Program-made: the position numbers and the translations under genes
From: Auanema rhodensis
Lineage: Eukaryota; Animalia; Nematoda
Direction: 5' to 3'
Length of the DNA: 64,000 nucleotides
NCBI GenBank assembly: GCA_964057225.1
Contig: OZ059897.1
Span: forward strand, 5,208,001-5,272,000
The notes under the pieces: generated by a model
The model's database searches: none
The model's input: the letters and a program-made list of their open reading frames with translations, nothing else
What the model was told of the DNA's origin: nothing
In this document: positions 12,101-28,300 of the stretch, one piece after another
Layout: each line of letters starts with the position of its first letter
Position numbering within the stretch: the first letter of the stretch is position 1

Positions 12101-15100
12101 TCTAATTTTGAAAATCGCATCTCTTTATCTTTCACGTGAAGCGAGTTACATACCAAGTGCACATCACGTGTACATTTAATTAGCATAAATTAAAGTTCAC
12201 GTAAATTTCAAAGTCATGGTTACCATGCACCAATATCAATAAAAATTTGTTTTTAGACTAATATGGACATGGGGAATCTAATTTTGAAAACCTGCATCTC
12301 TTTATCTTTCACGTGAAGCGAGTTACATACCAAGTGCACATCACGTGTACATTTAATTAGCATAAATTAAAGTTCACGTAAATTTCAAAGTCATGGTTAC
12401 CATGCACCAATATCAATAAAAATTTGTTTTTAGACTAATATGGACATGGGGAATCTAATTTTGAAAATCGCATCTCTTTATCTTTCACGTGAAGCGAGTT
12501 ACATACCAAGTGCACATCACGTGTACATTTAATTAGCATAAATTAAAGTTCACGTAAATTTCAAAGTCATGGTTACCATGCACCAATGTCAATAAAAATT
12601 TGTTTTTAGACTAATATGGACATGGGGAATCTAATTTTAAAAACCGCATCTCTTTATCTTTCACGTGAAGTGAGTTACATACCAAGTGCACATCACGTGT
12701 ACATTTAATTAGCATAAATTAAAGTTCACGTAAATTTCAAAGTCATGGTTACCATGCACCAATATCAATAAAAATTTGTTTTTAGACTAATATGGACATG
12801 GGGAATCTAATTTTAAAAACCGCATCTCTTTATCTTTCACGTGAAGTGAGTTACATACCAAGTACACATCACGTGTACATTTAATTAGCATAAATTAAAG
12901 TTCACGTAAATTTCAAAGTCATGGTTACCATGCACCAATATCAATAAAAATTTGTTTTTAGACTAATATGGACATGGGGAATCTAATTTTAAAAACCGCA
13001 TCTCTTTATCTTTCACTTGAAGCGAGTTACATACCAAGTGCACATCACGTGTACATTTAATTAGCATAAATTAAAGTTCACGTAAATTTCAAAGTCATGG
13101 TTACCATGCACTAATATCAATAAAAATTTGTTTTTAGACTAATATGGACATGGGGAATCTAATCTTGAAAACCGCATCTCTTTATCTTTCACGTGAAGTG
13201 GGTTACATACCAAGTGCACATCACGTGTACATTTAATTAGCATAAATTAAAGTTCACGTAAATTTCAAAGTCATGGTTACCATGCACCAATATCAATAAA
13301 AATTTGTTTTTAGACTAATATGGACATGGGGAATCTAATTTTGAAAACCGCATCTCTTTATCTTTCACGTGAAGCGAGTTACATACCAAGTGCACATCAC
13401 GTGCACATTTAATTAGCATAAATTAAAGTTCACGTAAATTTCAAAGTCATGGTTACCATGCACCAATATCAATAAAAATTTGTTTTTAGACTAATATGGA
13501 CATGTGGAATCTAATTTTGAAAACCGCATCTCTTTATCTTTCACGTGAAGCAAGTTACATACCAAGTGCACAGCACGTGTACATTTAATTAGCATAAATT
13601 AAAGTTCACGTAAATTTCAAAGTCATGGTTACCATGCACCAATATCAATAAAAATTTGTTTTTAGACTAATATGGACATGGGGAATCTAATTTTGAAAAC
13701 CGCATTATCTTTCACGTGAAGCGAGTTACATACCAAGTGCACATCACGTGTACATTTAATTAGCATAAATTAAAGTTCACGTAAATTTCAAAGTCATGGT
13801 TACCATGCACCAATATCAATAAAAATTTGTTTTTAGACTAATATGGACATGGGGAATCTAATTTTGAAAATCGCATCTCTTTATCTTTCACGTGAAGCGA
13901 GTTACATACCAAGTGCACATCACGTGTACATTTAATTAGCATAAATTAAAGTTCACGTAAATTTCAAAGTCATGGTTACCATGCACCAATATCAATAAAA
14001 ATTTGTTTTTAGACTAATATGGACATGGGGAATCTAATTTTGAAAACCGCATCTCTTTATCTTTCACGTGAAGCAAGTTACATACCAAGTGCACAGCACG
14101 TGTACATTTAATTAGCAAAAATTAAAGTTCACGTAAATTTCAAAGTCATGGTTACCATGCACCAATATCAATAAAAATTTGTTTTTAGACTAATATGGAC
14201 ATGGGGAATCTAATTTTGAAAATCGCATCTCTTTATCTTTCACGTGAAGCGAGTTACATACCAAGTGCACATCACGTGTACATTTAATTAGCATAAATTA
14301 AAGTTCACGTAAATTTCAAAGTCATGGTTACCATGCACCAATATCAATAAAAATTTCTTTTTAGACTAATATGGACATGGGGAATCTAATTTTGAAAACC
14401 GCATCTCTTTATCTTTCACGTGAAGTGGGTTACATACCAAGTGCACATCACGTGTACATTTAATTAGCATAAATTAAAGTTCACGTAAATTTCAAAGTCA
14501 TGGTTACCATGCACCAATATCAATAAAAATTTGTTTTTAGACTAATATGGACATGGGGAATCTAATTTTGAAAACCGCATCTCTTTATCTTTCACGTGAA
14601 GCGAGTTACATACCAAGTGCACATCACGTGCACATTTAATTAGCATAAATTAAAGTTCACGTAAATTTCAAAGTCATGGTTACCATGCACCAATATCAAT
14701 AAAAATTTGTTTTTAGACTAATATGGACATGTGGAATCTAATTTTGAAAACCGCATCTCTTTATCTTTCACGTGAAGCAAGTTACATACCAAGTGCACAG
14801 CACGTGTACATTTAATTAGCATAAATTAAAGTTCACGTAAATTTCAAAGTCATGGTTACCATGCACGAATATCAATAAAAATTTGTTTTTAGACTAATAT
14901 GGACATGGGGAATCTAATTTTGAAAACCGCATTATCTTTCACGTGAAGCGAGTTACATACCAAGTGCACATCACGTGTACATTTAATTAGCATAAATTAA
15001 AGTTCACGTAAATTTCAAAGTCATGGTTACCATGCACCAATATCAATAAAAATTTGTTTTTAGACTAATATGGACATGGGGAATCTAATTTTGAAAACCG

Positions 15101-17580
15101 CATCTCTTTATCTTTCACGTGAAGCAAGTTACATACCAAGTGCACAGCACGTGTACATTTAATTAGCAAAAATTAAAGTTCACGTAAATTTCAAAGTCAT
15201 GGTTACCATGCACCAATATCAATAAAAATTTGTTTTTAGACTAATATGGACATGGGGAATCTAATTTTGAAAATCGCATCTCTTTATCTTTCACGTGAAG
15301 CGAGTTACATACCAAGTGCACATCACGTGTACATTTAATTAGCATAAATTAAAGTTCACGTAAATTTCAAAGTCATGGTTACCATGCACCAATATCAATA
15401 AAAATTTCTTTTTAGACTAATATGGACATGGGGAATCTAATTTTGAAAACCGCATCTCTTTATCTTTCACGTGAAGTGGGTTACATACCAAGTGCACATC
15501 ACGTGTACATTTAATTAGCATAAATTAAAGTTCACGTAAATTTCAAAGTCATGGTTACCATGCACCAATATCAATAAAAATTTGTTTTTAGACTAATATG
15601 GACATGGGGAATCTAATTTTAAAAACCTGCATCTCTTTATCTTTCACGTGAAGCGAGTTACATACCAAGTGCACATCACGTGTACATTTAATTAGCATAA
15701 ATTAAAGTTCACGTAAATTTCAAAGTCATAGTTACCATGCACTAATATCAATAAAAATTTGTTTTTAGACTAATATGGACATGGGGAATCTAATTTTAAA
15801 AACCTGCATCTCTTTATCTTTCACGTGAAGCGAGTTACATACCAAGTGCACATCACGTGTACATTTAATTAGCATAAATTAAAGTTCACGTAAATTTCAA
15901 AGTCATAGTTACCATGCACTAATATCAATAAAAATTTGTTTTTAGACTAATATGGACATGGGGAATCTAATTTTAAAAACCTGCATCTCTTTATCTTTCA
16001 CGTGAAGCGAGTTACATACCAAGTGCACATCACGTGTACATTTAATTAGCATAAATTAAAGTTCACGTAAATTTCAAAGTCATGGTTACCATGCACCAAT
16101 ATCAATAAAAATTTGTTTTTAGACTAATATGGACATGGGGAATCTAATTTTAAAAACCTGCATCTCTTTATCTTTCACGTGAAGCGAGTTACATACCAAG
16201 TGCACATCACGTGTACATTTAATTAGCATAAATTAAAGTTCACGTAAATTTTAAAGTCGTGGTTACCATGCACTATTATCAATAAAAATTTGTTTTTAGA
16301 CTAATATGGACATGGGGAATCTAATTTTGAAAATCGCATCTCTTTATCTTTCACGTGAAGCGAGTTACATACCAAGTGCACATCACGTGTACATTTAATT
16401 AGCATAAATTAAAGTTCACGTAAATTTCAAAGTCATGGTTACCATGCACCAATATCAATAAAAATTTCTTTTTAGACTAATATGGACATGGGGAATCTAA
16501 TTTTGAAAACCGCATCTCTTTATCTTTCACGTGAAGCGAGTTACATACCAAGTGCACATCACGTGTACATTTAATTAGCATAAATTAAAGTTCACGTAAA
16601 TTTCAAAGTCATAGTTACCATGCACTAATATCAATAAAAATTTGTTTTTAGACTAATATGGACATGGGGAATCTAATTTTAAAAACCTGCATCTCTTTAT
16701 CTTTCACGTGAAGCGAGTTACATACCAAGTGCACATCACGTGTACATTTAATTAGCATAAATTAAAGTTCACGTAAATTTCAAAGTCATGGTTACCATGC
16801 ACCAATATCAATAAAAATTTGTTTTTAGACTAATATGGACATGGGGAATCTAATTTTAAAAACCTGCATCTCTTTATCTTTCACGTGAAGCGAGTTACAT
16901 ACCAAGTGCACATCACGTGTACATTTAATTAGCATAAATTAAAGTTCACGTAAATTTCAAAGTCATGGTTACCATGCACCAATATCAATAAAAATTTGTT
17001 TTTAGACTAATATGGACATGGGGAATCTAATTTTAAAAACCGCATCTCTTTATCTTTCACGTGAAGTGAGTTACATACCAAGTGCACATCACGTGTACAT
17101 TTAATTAGCATAAATTAAAGTTCACGTAAATTTCAAAGTCATGGTTACCATGCACCAATATCAATAAAAATTTGTTTTTAGACTAATATGGACATGGGGA
17201 ATCTAATTTTAAAAACCGCATCTCTTTATCTTTCACGTGAAGTGAGTTACATACCAAGTACACATCACGTGTACATTTAATTAGCATAAATTAAAGTTCA
17301 CGTAAATTTCAAAGTCATGGTTACCATGCACCAATATCAATAAAAATTTGTTTTTAGACTAATGTGGACATGGGGAATCTAATTTTAAAAACCGCATCTC
17401 TTTATCTTTCACTTGAAGCGAGTTACATACCAAGTGCACATCACGTGTACATTTAATTAGCATAAATTAAAGTTCACGTAAATTTCAAAGTCATGGTTAC
17501 CATGCACCAATATCAATAAAAATTTGTTTTTAGACTAATATGGACATGGGGAATCTAATTTTGAAAACCGCATTATCTTT
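9141..17580 (+). repeat. Sub-domain carrying six 171-bp monomers (5-bp deletion GCATCTCTTTATC to GCATTATC)
   Basis: Deletion allele at 9141, 10368, 11948, 13704, 14931 and 17572, and not seen elsewhere. Confidence 0.9.
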
Positions 17581-18105
17581 CACGTAAAGCGAGTTACATA
17601 CCAAGTGCACATCACGTGTACATTTAATTAGCATAAATTAAAGTTCACGTAAATTTCAAAGTCATGGTTACCATGCACCAATATCAATAAAAATTTGTTT
17701 TTAGACTAATATGGACATGGGGAATCTAATTTTGAAAATCGCATCTCTTTATCTTTCACGTGAAGCGAGTTACATACCAAGTGCACATCACGTGTACATT
17801 TAATTAGCATAAATTAAAGTTCACGTAAATTTCAAAGTCATGGTTACCATGCACCAATATCAATAAAAATTTGTTTTTAGACTAATATGGACATGGGGAA
17901 TCTAATTTTGAAAACCGCATCTCTTTATCTTTCACGTGAAGCAAGTTACATACCAAGTGCACAGCACGTGTACATTTAATTAGCATAAATTAAAGTTCAC
18001 GTAAATTTCAAAGTCATGGTTACCATGCACCAATATCAATAAAAATTTGTTTTTAGACTAATATGGACATGGGGAATCTAATTTTGAAAATCGCATCTCT
18101 TTATC

Positions 18106-20200
18106 TTTCACGTGAAGCGAGTTACATACCAAGTGCACATCACGTGTACATTTAATTAGCATAAATTAAAGTTCACGTAAATTTCAAAGTCATGGTTACC
18201 ATGCACCAATATCAATAAAAATTTCTTTTTAGACTAATATGGACATGGGGAATCTAATTTTGAAAACCGCATCTCTTTATCTTTCACGTGAAGTGGGTTA
18301 CATACCAAGTGCACATCACGTGTACATTTAATTAGCATAAATTAAAGTTCACGTAAATTTCAAAGTCATGGTTACCATGCACCAATATCAATAAAAATTT
18401 GTTTTTAGACTAATATGGACATGGGGAATCTAATTTTAAAAACCTGCATCTCTTTATCTTTCACGTGAAGCGAGTTACATACCAAGTGCACATCACGTGT
18501 ACATTTAATTAGCATAAATTAAAGTTCACGTAAATTTCAAAGTCATAGTTACCATGCACTAATATCAATAAAAATTTGTTTTTAGACTAATATGGACATG
18601 GGGAATCTAATTTTAAAAACCTGCATCTCTTTATCTTTCACGTGAAGCGAGTTACATACCAAGTGCACATCACGTGTACATTTAATTAGCATAAATTAAA
18701 GTTCACGTAAATTTCAAAGTCATAGTTACCATGCACTAATATCAATAAAAATTTGTTTTTAGACTAATATGGACATGGGGAATCTAATTTTAAAAACCTG
18801 CATCTCTTTATCTTTCACGTGAAGCGAGTTACATACCAAGTGCACATCACGTGTACATTTAATTAGCATAAATTAAAGTTCACGTAAATTTCAAAGTCAT
18901 GGTTACCATGCACCAATATCAATAAAAATTTGTTTTTAGACTAATATGGACATGGGGAATCTAATTTTAAAAACCTGCATCTCTTTATCTTTCACGTGAA
19001 GCGAGTTACATACCAAGTGCACATCACGTGTACATTTAATTAGCATAAATTAAAGTTCACGTAAATTTTAAAGTCGTGGTTACCATGCACTATTATCAAT
19101 AAAAATTTGTTTTTAGACTAATATGGACATGGGGAATCTAATTTTGAAAATCGCATCTCTTTATCTTTCACGTGAAGCGAGTTACATACCAAGTGCACAT
19201 CACGTGTACATTTAATTAGCATAAATTAAAGTTCACGTAAATTTCAAAGTCATGGTTACCATGCACCAATATCAATAAAAATTTCTTTTTAGACTAATAT
19301 GGACATGGGGAATCTAATTTTGAAAACCGCATCTCTTTATCTTTCACGTGAAGTGGGTTACATACCAAGTGCACATCACGTGTACATTTAATTAGCATAA
19401 ATTAAAGTTCACGTAAATTTCAAAGTCATGGTTACCATGCACCAATATCAATAAAAATTTGTTTTTAGACTAATATGGACATGGGGAATCTAATTTTAAA
19501 AACCTGCATCTCTTTATCTTTCACGTGAAGCGAGTTACATACCAAGTGCACATCACGTGTACATTTAATTAGCATAAATTAAAGTTCACGTAAATTTCAA
19601 AGTCATAGTTACCATGCACTAATATCAATAAAAATTTGTTTTTAGACTAATATGGACATGGGGAATCTAATTTTAAAAACCTGCATCTCTTTATCTTTCA
19701 CGTGAAGCGAGTTACATACCAAGTGCACATCACGTGTACATTTAATTAGCATAAATTAAAGTTCACGTAAATTTCAAAGTCATAGTTACCATGCACTAAT
19801 ATCAATAAAAATTTGTTTTTAGACTAATATGGACATGGGGAATCTAATTTTAAAAACCTGCATCTCTTTATCTTTCACGTGAAGCGAGTTACATACCAAG
19901 TGCACATCACGTGTACATTTAATTAGCATAAATTAAAGTTCACGTAAATTTCAAAGTCATGGTTACCATGCACCAATATCAATAAAAATTTGTTTTTAGA
20001 CTAATATGGACATGGGGAATCTAATTTTAAAAACCTGCATCTCTTTATCTTTCACGTGAAGCGAGTTACATACCAAGTGCACATCACGTGTACATTTAAT
20101 TAGCATAAATTAAAGTTCACGTAAATTTTAAAGTCGTGGTTACCATGCACTATTATCAATAAAAATTTGTTTTTAGACTAATATGGACATGGGGAATCTA
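18106..20200 (+). repeat. 6-monomer (1060 bp) higher-order repeat, with a related copy at about 15289-16500
   Basis: ATTTCTTTTT at 18225/19285 and 15408/16468. TTTTAAAGTCGTGG at 19069/20129. The period is 6x176 plus 4 insertions. Confidence 0.88.
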
Positions 20201-22343
20201 ATTTTGAAAACCGCATCTCTTTATCTTTCACGTGAAGCGAGTTACATACCAAGTGCACATCACGTGTACATTTAATTAGCATAAATTAAAGTTCACGTAA
20301 ATTTCAAAGTCATGGTTACCATGCACCAATATCAATAAAAATTTGTTTTTAGACTAATATGGACATGGGGAATCTAATTTTGAAAACCGCATCTCTTTAT
20401 CTTTCACGTGAAGCGAGTTACATACCAAGTGCACATCACGTGTACATTTAATTAGCATAAATTAAAGTTCACGTAAATTTCAAAGTCATGGTTACCATGC
20501 ACCAATATCAATAAAAATTTGTTTTTAGACTAATATGGACATGGGGAATCTAATTGTGAAAACCGCATCTCTTTATCTTTCACGTGAAGCGAGTTACATA
20601 CCAAGTGCACATCACGTGTACATTTAATTAGCATAAATTAAAGTTCACGTAAATTTCAAAGTCATGGTTACCATGCACCAATATCAATAAAAATTTGTTT
20701 TTAGACTAATATGGACATGGGGAATCTAATTTTAAAAACCTGCATCTCTTTATCTTTCACGTGAAGCGAGTTACATACCAAGTGCACATCACGTGTACAT
20801 TTAATTAGCATAAATTAAAGTTCACGTAAATTTCAAAGTCATAGTTACCATGCACTAATATCAATAAAAATTTGTTTTTAGACTAATATGGACATGGGGA
20901 ATCTAATTTTAAAAACCTGCATCTCTTTATCTTTCACGTGAAGCGAGTTACATACCAAGTGCACATCACGTGTACATTTAATTAGCATAAATTAAAGTTC
21001 ACGTAAATTTCAAAGTCATAGTTACCATGCACTAATATCAATAAAAATTTGTTTTTAGACTAATATGGACATGGGGAATCTAATTTTAAAAACCTGCATC
21101 TCTTTATCTTTCACGTGAAGCGAGTTACATACCAAGTGCACATCACGTGTACATTTAATTAGCATAAATTAAAGTTCACGTAAATTTTAAAGTCGTGGTT
21201 ACCATGCACTATTATCAATAAAAATTTGTTTTTAGACTAATATGGACATGGGGAATCTAATTTTGAAAACCGCATCTCTTTATCTTTCACGTGAAGCGAG
21301 TTACATACCAAGTGCACATCACGTGTACATTTAATTAGCATAAATTAAAGTTCACGTAAATTTCAAAGTCATGGTTACCATGCACCAATATCAATAAAAA
21401 TTTGTTTTTAGACTAATATGGACATGGGGAATCTAATTTTGAAAACTGCATCTCTTTATCTTTCACGTGAAGCGAGTTACATACCAAGTGCACATCACGT
21501 GTACATTTAATTAGCATAAATTAAAGTTCACGTAAATTTCAAAGTCATGGTTACCATGCACCAATATCAATAAAAATTTGTTTTTAGACTAATATGGACA
21601 TGGGGAATCTAATTGTGAAAACCGCATCTCTTTATCTTTCACGTGAAGCGAGTTACATACCAAGTGCACATCACGTGTACATTTAATTAGCATAAATTAA
21701 AGTTCACGTAAATTTCAAAGTCATGGTTACCATGCACCAATATCAATAAAAATTTGTTTTTAGACTAATATGGACATGGGGAATCTAATTTTAAAAACCT
21801 GCATCTCTTTATCTTTCACGTGAAGCGAGTTACATACCAAGTGCACATCACGTGTACATTTAATTAGCATAAATTAAAGTTCACGTAAATTTCAAAGTCA
21901 TAGTTACCATGCACTAATATCAATAAAAATTTGTTTTTAGACTAATATGGACATGGGGAATCTAATTTTAAAAACCTGCATCTCTTTATCTTTCACGTGA
22001 AGCGAGTTACATACCAAGTGCACATCACGTGTACATTTAATTAGCATAAATTAAAGTTCACGTAAATTTCAAAGTCATAGTTACCATGCACTAATATCAA
22101 TAAAAATTTGTTTTTAGACTAATATGGACATGGGGAATCTAATTTTAAAAACCTGCATCTCTTTATCTTTCACGTGAAGCGAGTTACATACCAAGTGCAC
22201 ATCACGTGTACATTTAATTAGCATAAATTAAAGTTCACGTAAATTTCAAAGTCATAGTTACCATGCACTAATATCAATAAAAATTTGTTTTTAGACTAAT
22301 ATGGACATGGGGAATCTAATTTTGAAAACCGCATCTCTTTATC

Positions 22344-25300
22344 TTTCACGTGAAGCGAGTTACATACCAAGTGCACATCACGTGTACATTTAATTAGCAT
22401 AAATTAAAGTTCACGTAAATTTCAAAGTCATGGTTACCATGCACCAATATCAATAAAAATTTGTTTTTAGACTAATATGGACATGGGGAATCTAATTTTG
22501 AAAACCGCATCTCTTTATCTTTCACGTGAAGCGAGTTACATACCAAGTGCACATCACGTGTACATTTAATTAGCATAAATTAAAGTTCACGTAAATTTCA
22601 AAGTCATGGTTACCATGCACCAATATCAATAAAAATTTGTTTTTAGACTAATATGGACATGGGGAATCTAATTGTGAAAACCGCATCTCTTTATCTTTCA
22701 CGTGAAGCGAGTTACATACCAAGTGCACATCACGTGTACATTTAATTAGCATAAATTAAAGTTCACGTAAATTTCAAAGTCATGGTTACCATGCACCAAT
22801 ATCAATAAAAATTTGTTTTTAGACTAATATGGACATGGGGAATCTAATTGTGAAAACCGCATCTCTTTATCTTTCACGTGAAGCGAGTTACATACCAAGT
22901 GCACATCACGTGTACATTTAATTAGCATAAATTAAAGTTCACGTAAATTTCAAAGTCATGGTTACCATGCACCAATATCAATAAAAATTTGTTTTTAGAC
23001 TAATATGGACATGGGGAATCTAATTTTGAAAACCGCATCTCTTTATCTTTCACGTGAAGCGAGTTACATACCAAGTGCACATCACGTGTACATTTAATTA
23101 GCATAAATTAAAGTTCACGTAAATTTCAAAGTCATGGTTACCATGCACCAATATCAATAAAAATTTGTTTTTAGACTAATATGGACATGGGGAATCTAAT
23201 TTTAAAAACCGCATCTCTTTATCTTTCACGTGAAGCGAGTTACATACCAAGTGCACATCACGTGTACATTTAATTAGCATAAATTAAAGTTCACGTAAAT
23301 TTCAAAGTCATAGTTACCATGCACTAATATCAATAAAAATTTGTTTTTAGACTAATATGGACATGGGGAATCTAATTTTAAAAACCTGCATCTCTTTATC
23401 TTTCACGTGAAGCGAGTTACATACCAAGTGCACATCACGTGTACATTTAATTAGCATAAATTAAAGTTCACGTAAATTTCAAAGTCATGGTTACCATGCA
23501 CCAATATCAATAAAAATTTGTTTTTAGACTAATATGGACATGGGGAATCTAATTTTAAAAACCTGCATCTCTTTATCTTTCACGTGAAGCGAGTTACATA
23601 CCAAGTGCACATCACGTGTACATTTAATTAGCATAAATTAAAGTTCACGTAAATTTTAAAGTCGTGGTTACCATGCACTATTATCAATAAAAATTTGTTT
23701 TTAGACTAATATGGACATGGGGAATCTAATTTTGAAAACCGCATCTCTTTATCTTTCACGTGAAGCAAGTTACATACCAAGTGCACATCACGTGCACATT
23801 TAATTAGCATAAATCAAAGTTCACGTAAATTTCAAAGTCATGGTTACCATGCACCAATATCAATAAAAATTTGTTTTTAGACTAATATGGACATGGGGAA
23901 TCTAATTTTGAAAACTGCATCTCTTTATCTTTCACGTGAAGCGAGTTACATACCAAGTGCACATCACGTGTACATTTAATTAGCATAAATTAAAGTTCAC
24001 GTAAATTTCAAAGTCATGGTTACCATGCACCAATATCAATAAAAATTTGTTTTTAGACTAATATGGACATGGGGAATCTAATTTTAAAAACCTGCATCTC
24101 TTTATCTTTCACGTGAAGCGAGTTACATACCAAGTGCACATCACGTGTACATTTAATTAGCATAAATTAAAGTTCACGTAAATTTCAAAGTCATGGTTAC
24201 CATGCACCAATATCAATAAAAATTTGTTTTTAGATTAATATGGACATGGGGAATCTAATTTTGAAAACCGCATCCCTTTATCTTTCACGTGAAGCGAGTT
24301 ACATACCAAGTGCACATCACGTGTACATTTAATTAGCATAAATTAAAGTTCACGTAAATTTCAAAGTCATGGTTACCATGCACCAATATCAATAAAAATT
24401 TGTTTTTAGACTAATATGGACATGGGGAATCTAATTTTAAAAACCTGCATCTCTTTATCTTTCACGTGAAGCGAGTTACATACCAAGTGCACATCACGTG
24501 TACATTTAATTAGCATAAATTAAAGTTCACGTAAATTTTAAAGTCGTGGTTACCATGCACTATTATCAATAAAAATTTGTTTTTAGACTAATATGGACAT
24601 GGGGAATCTAATTTTGAAAACCGCATCTCTTTATCTTTCACGTGAAGCAAGTTACATACCAAGTGCACATCACGTGCACATTTAATTAGCATAAATCAAA
24701 GTTCACGTAAATTTCAAAGTCATGGTTACCATGCACCAATATTAATAAAAATTTGTTTTTAGATTAATATGGACATGGGGAATCTAATTTTGAAAACCGC
24801 ATCTCTTTATCTTTCACGTGAAGCGAGTTACATACCAAGTGCACATCACGTGTACATTTAATTAGCATAAATTAAAGTTCACGTAAATTTCAAAGTCATG
24901 GTTACCATGCACCAATATCAATAAAAATTTGTTTTTAGACTAATATGGACATGGGGAATCTAATTGTGAAAACCGCATCTCTTTATCTTTCACGTGAAGC
25001 GAGTTACATACCAAGTGCACATCACGTGTACATTTAATTAGCATAAATTAAAGTTCACGTAAATTTCAAAGTCATGGTTACCATGCACCAATATCAATAA
25101 AAATTTGTTTTTAGACTAATATGGACATGGGGAATCTAATTTTGAAAACCGCATCTCTTTATCTTTCACGTGAAGCGAGTTACATACCAAGTGCACATCA
25201 CGTGTACATTTAATTAGCATAAATTAAAGTTCACGTAAATTTCAAAGTCATGGTTACCATGCACCAATATCAATAAAAATTTGTTTTTAGACTAATATGG

Positions 25301-28300
25301 ACATGGGGAATCTAATTGTGAAAACCGCATCTCTTTATCTTTCACGTGAAGCGAGTTACATACCAAGTGCACATCACGTGTACATTTAATTAGCATAAAT
25401 TAAAGTTCACGTAAATTTCAAAGTCATGGTTACCATGCACCAATATCAATAAAAATTTGTTTTTAGACTAATATGGACATGGGGAATCTAATTGTGAAAA
25501 CCGCATCTCTTTATCTTTCACGTGAAGCGAGTTACATACCAAGTGCACATCACGTGTACATTTAATTAGCATAAATTAAAGTTCACGTAAATTTCAAAGT
25601 CATGGTTACCATGCACCAATATCAATAAAAATTTGTTTTTAGACTAATATGGACATGGGGAATCTAATTTTGAAAACCGCATCTCTTTATCTTTCACGTG
25701 AAGCGAGTTACATACCAAGTGCACATCACGTGTACATTTAATTAGCATAAATTAAAGTTCACGTAAATTTCAAAGTCATGGTTACCATGCACCAATATCA
25801 ATAAAAATTTGTTTTTAGACTAATATGGACATGGGGAATCTAATTGTGAAAACCGCATCTCTTTATCTTTCACGTGAAGCGAGTTACATACCAAGTGCAC
25901 ATCACGTGTACATTTAATTAGCATAAATTAAAGTTCACGTAAATTTCAAAGTCATGGTTACCATGCACCAATATCAATAAAAATTTGTTTTTAGACTAAT
26001 ATGGACATGGGGAATCTAATTGTGAAAACCGCATCTCTTTATCTTTCACGTGAAGCGAGTTACATACCAAGTGCACATCACGTGTACATTTAATTAGCAT
26101 AAATTAAAGTTCACGTAAATTTCAAAGTCATGGTTACCATGCACCAATATCAATAAAAATTTGTTTTTAGACTAATATGGACATGGGGAATCTAATTTTG
26201 AAAACCGCATCTCTTTATCTTTCACGTGAAGCGAGTTACATACCAAGTGCACATCACGTGTACATTTAATTAGCATAAATTAAAGTTCACGTAAATTTCA
26301 AAGTCATGGTTACCATGCACCAATATCAATAAAAATTTGTTTTTAGACTAATATGGACATGGGGAATCTAATTTTAAAAACCGCATCTCTTTATCTTTCA
26401 CGTGAAGCGAGTTACATACCAAGTGCACATCACGTGTACATTTAATTAGCATAAATTAAAGTTCACGTAAATTTCAAAGTCATAGTTACCATGCACTAAT
26501 ATCAATAAAAATTTGTTTTTAGACTAATATGGACATGGGGAATCTAATTTTAAAAACCTGCATCTCTTTATCTTTCACGTGAAGCGAGTTACATACCAAG
26601 TGCACATCACGTGTACATTTAATTAGCATAAATTAAAGTTCACGTAAATTTCAAAGTCATGGTTACCATGCACCAATATCAATAAAAATTTGTTTTTAGA
26701 CTAATATGGACATGGGGAATCTAATTTTAAAAACCTGCATCTCTTTATCTTTCACGTGAAGCGAGTTACATACCAAGTGCACATCACGTGTACATTTAAT
26801 TAGCATAAATTAAAGTTCACGTAAATTTTAAAGTCGTGGTTACCATGCACTATTATCAATAAAAATTTGTTTTTAGACTAATATGGACATGGGGAATCTA
26901 ATTTTGAAAACCGCATCTCTTTATCTTTCACGTGAAGCAAGTTACATACCAAGTGCACATCACGTGCACATTTAATTAGCATAAATCAAAGTTCACGTAA
27001 ATTTCAAAGTCATGGTTGCCATGCACCAATATCAATAAAAATTTGTTTTTAGACTAATATGGACATGGGGAATCTAATTTTGAAAACTGCATCTCTTTAT
27101 CTTTCACGTGAAGCGAGTTACATACCAAGTGCACATCACGTGTACATTTAATTAGCATAAATTAAAGTTCACGTAAATTTCAAAGTCATGGTTACCATGC
27201 ACCAATATCAATAAAAATTTGTTTTTAGACTAATATGGACATGGGGAATCTAATTTTAAAAACCTGCATCTCTTTATCTTTCACGTGAAGCGAGTTACAT
27301 ACCAAGTGCACATCACGTGTACATTTAATTAGCATAAATTAAAGTTCACGTAAATTTCAAAGTCATGGTTACCATGCACCAATATCAATAAAAATTTGTT
27401 TTTAGATTAATATGGACATGGGGAATCTAATTTTGAAAACCGCATCCCTTTATCTTTCACGTGAAGCGAGTTACATACCAAGTGCACATCACGTGTACAT
27501 TTAATTAGCATAAATTAAAGTTCACGTAAATTTCAAAGTCATGGTTACCATGCACCAATATCAATAAAAATTTGTTTTTAGACTAATATGGACATGGGGA
27601 ATCTAATTTTAAAAACCTGCATCTCTTTATCTTTCACGTGAAGCGAGTTACATACCAAGTGCACATCACGTGTACATTTAATTAGCATAAATTAAAGTTC
27701 ACGTAAATTTTAAAGTCGTGGTTACCATGCACTATTATCAATAAAAATTTGTTTTTAGACTAATATGGACATGGGGAATCTAATTTTGAAAACCGCATCT
27801 CTTTATCTTTCACGTGAAGCAAGTTACATACCAAGTGCACATCACGTGCACATTTAATTAGCATAAATCAAAGTTCACGTAAATTTCAAAGTCATGGTTA
27901 CCATGCACCAATATTAATAAAAATTTGTTTTTAGATTAATATGGACATGGGGAATCTAATTTTGAAAACCGCATCTCTTTATCTTTCACGTGAAGCGAGT
28001 TACATACCAAGTGCACATCACGTGTACATTTAATTAGCATAAATTAAAGTTCACGTAAATTTCAAAGTCATGGTTACCATGCACCAATATCAATAAAAAT
28101 TTGTTTTTAGACTAATATGGACATGGGGAATCTAATTGTGAAAACCGCATCTCTTTATCTTTCACGTGAAGCGAGTTACATACCAAGTGCACATCACGTG
28201 TACATTTAATTAGCATAAATTAAAGTTCACGTAAATTTCAAAGTCATGGTTACCATGCACCAATATCAATAAAAATTTGTTTTTAGACTAATATGGACAT

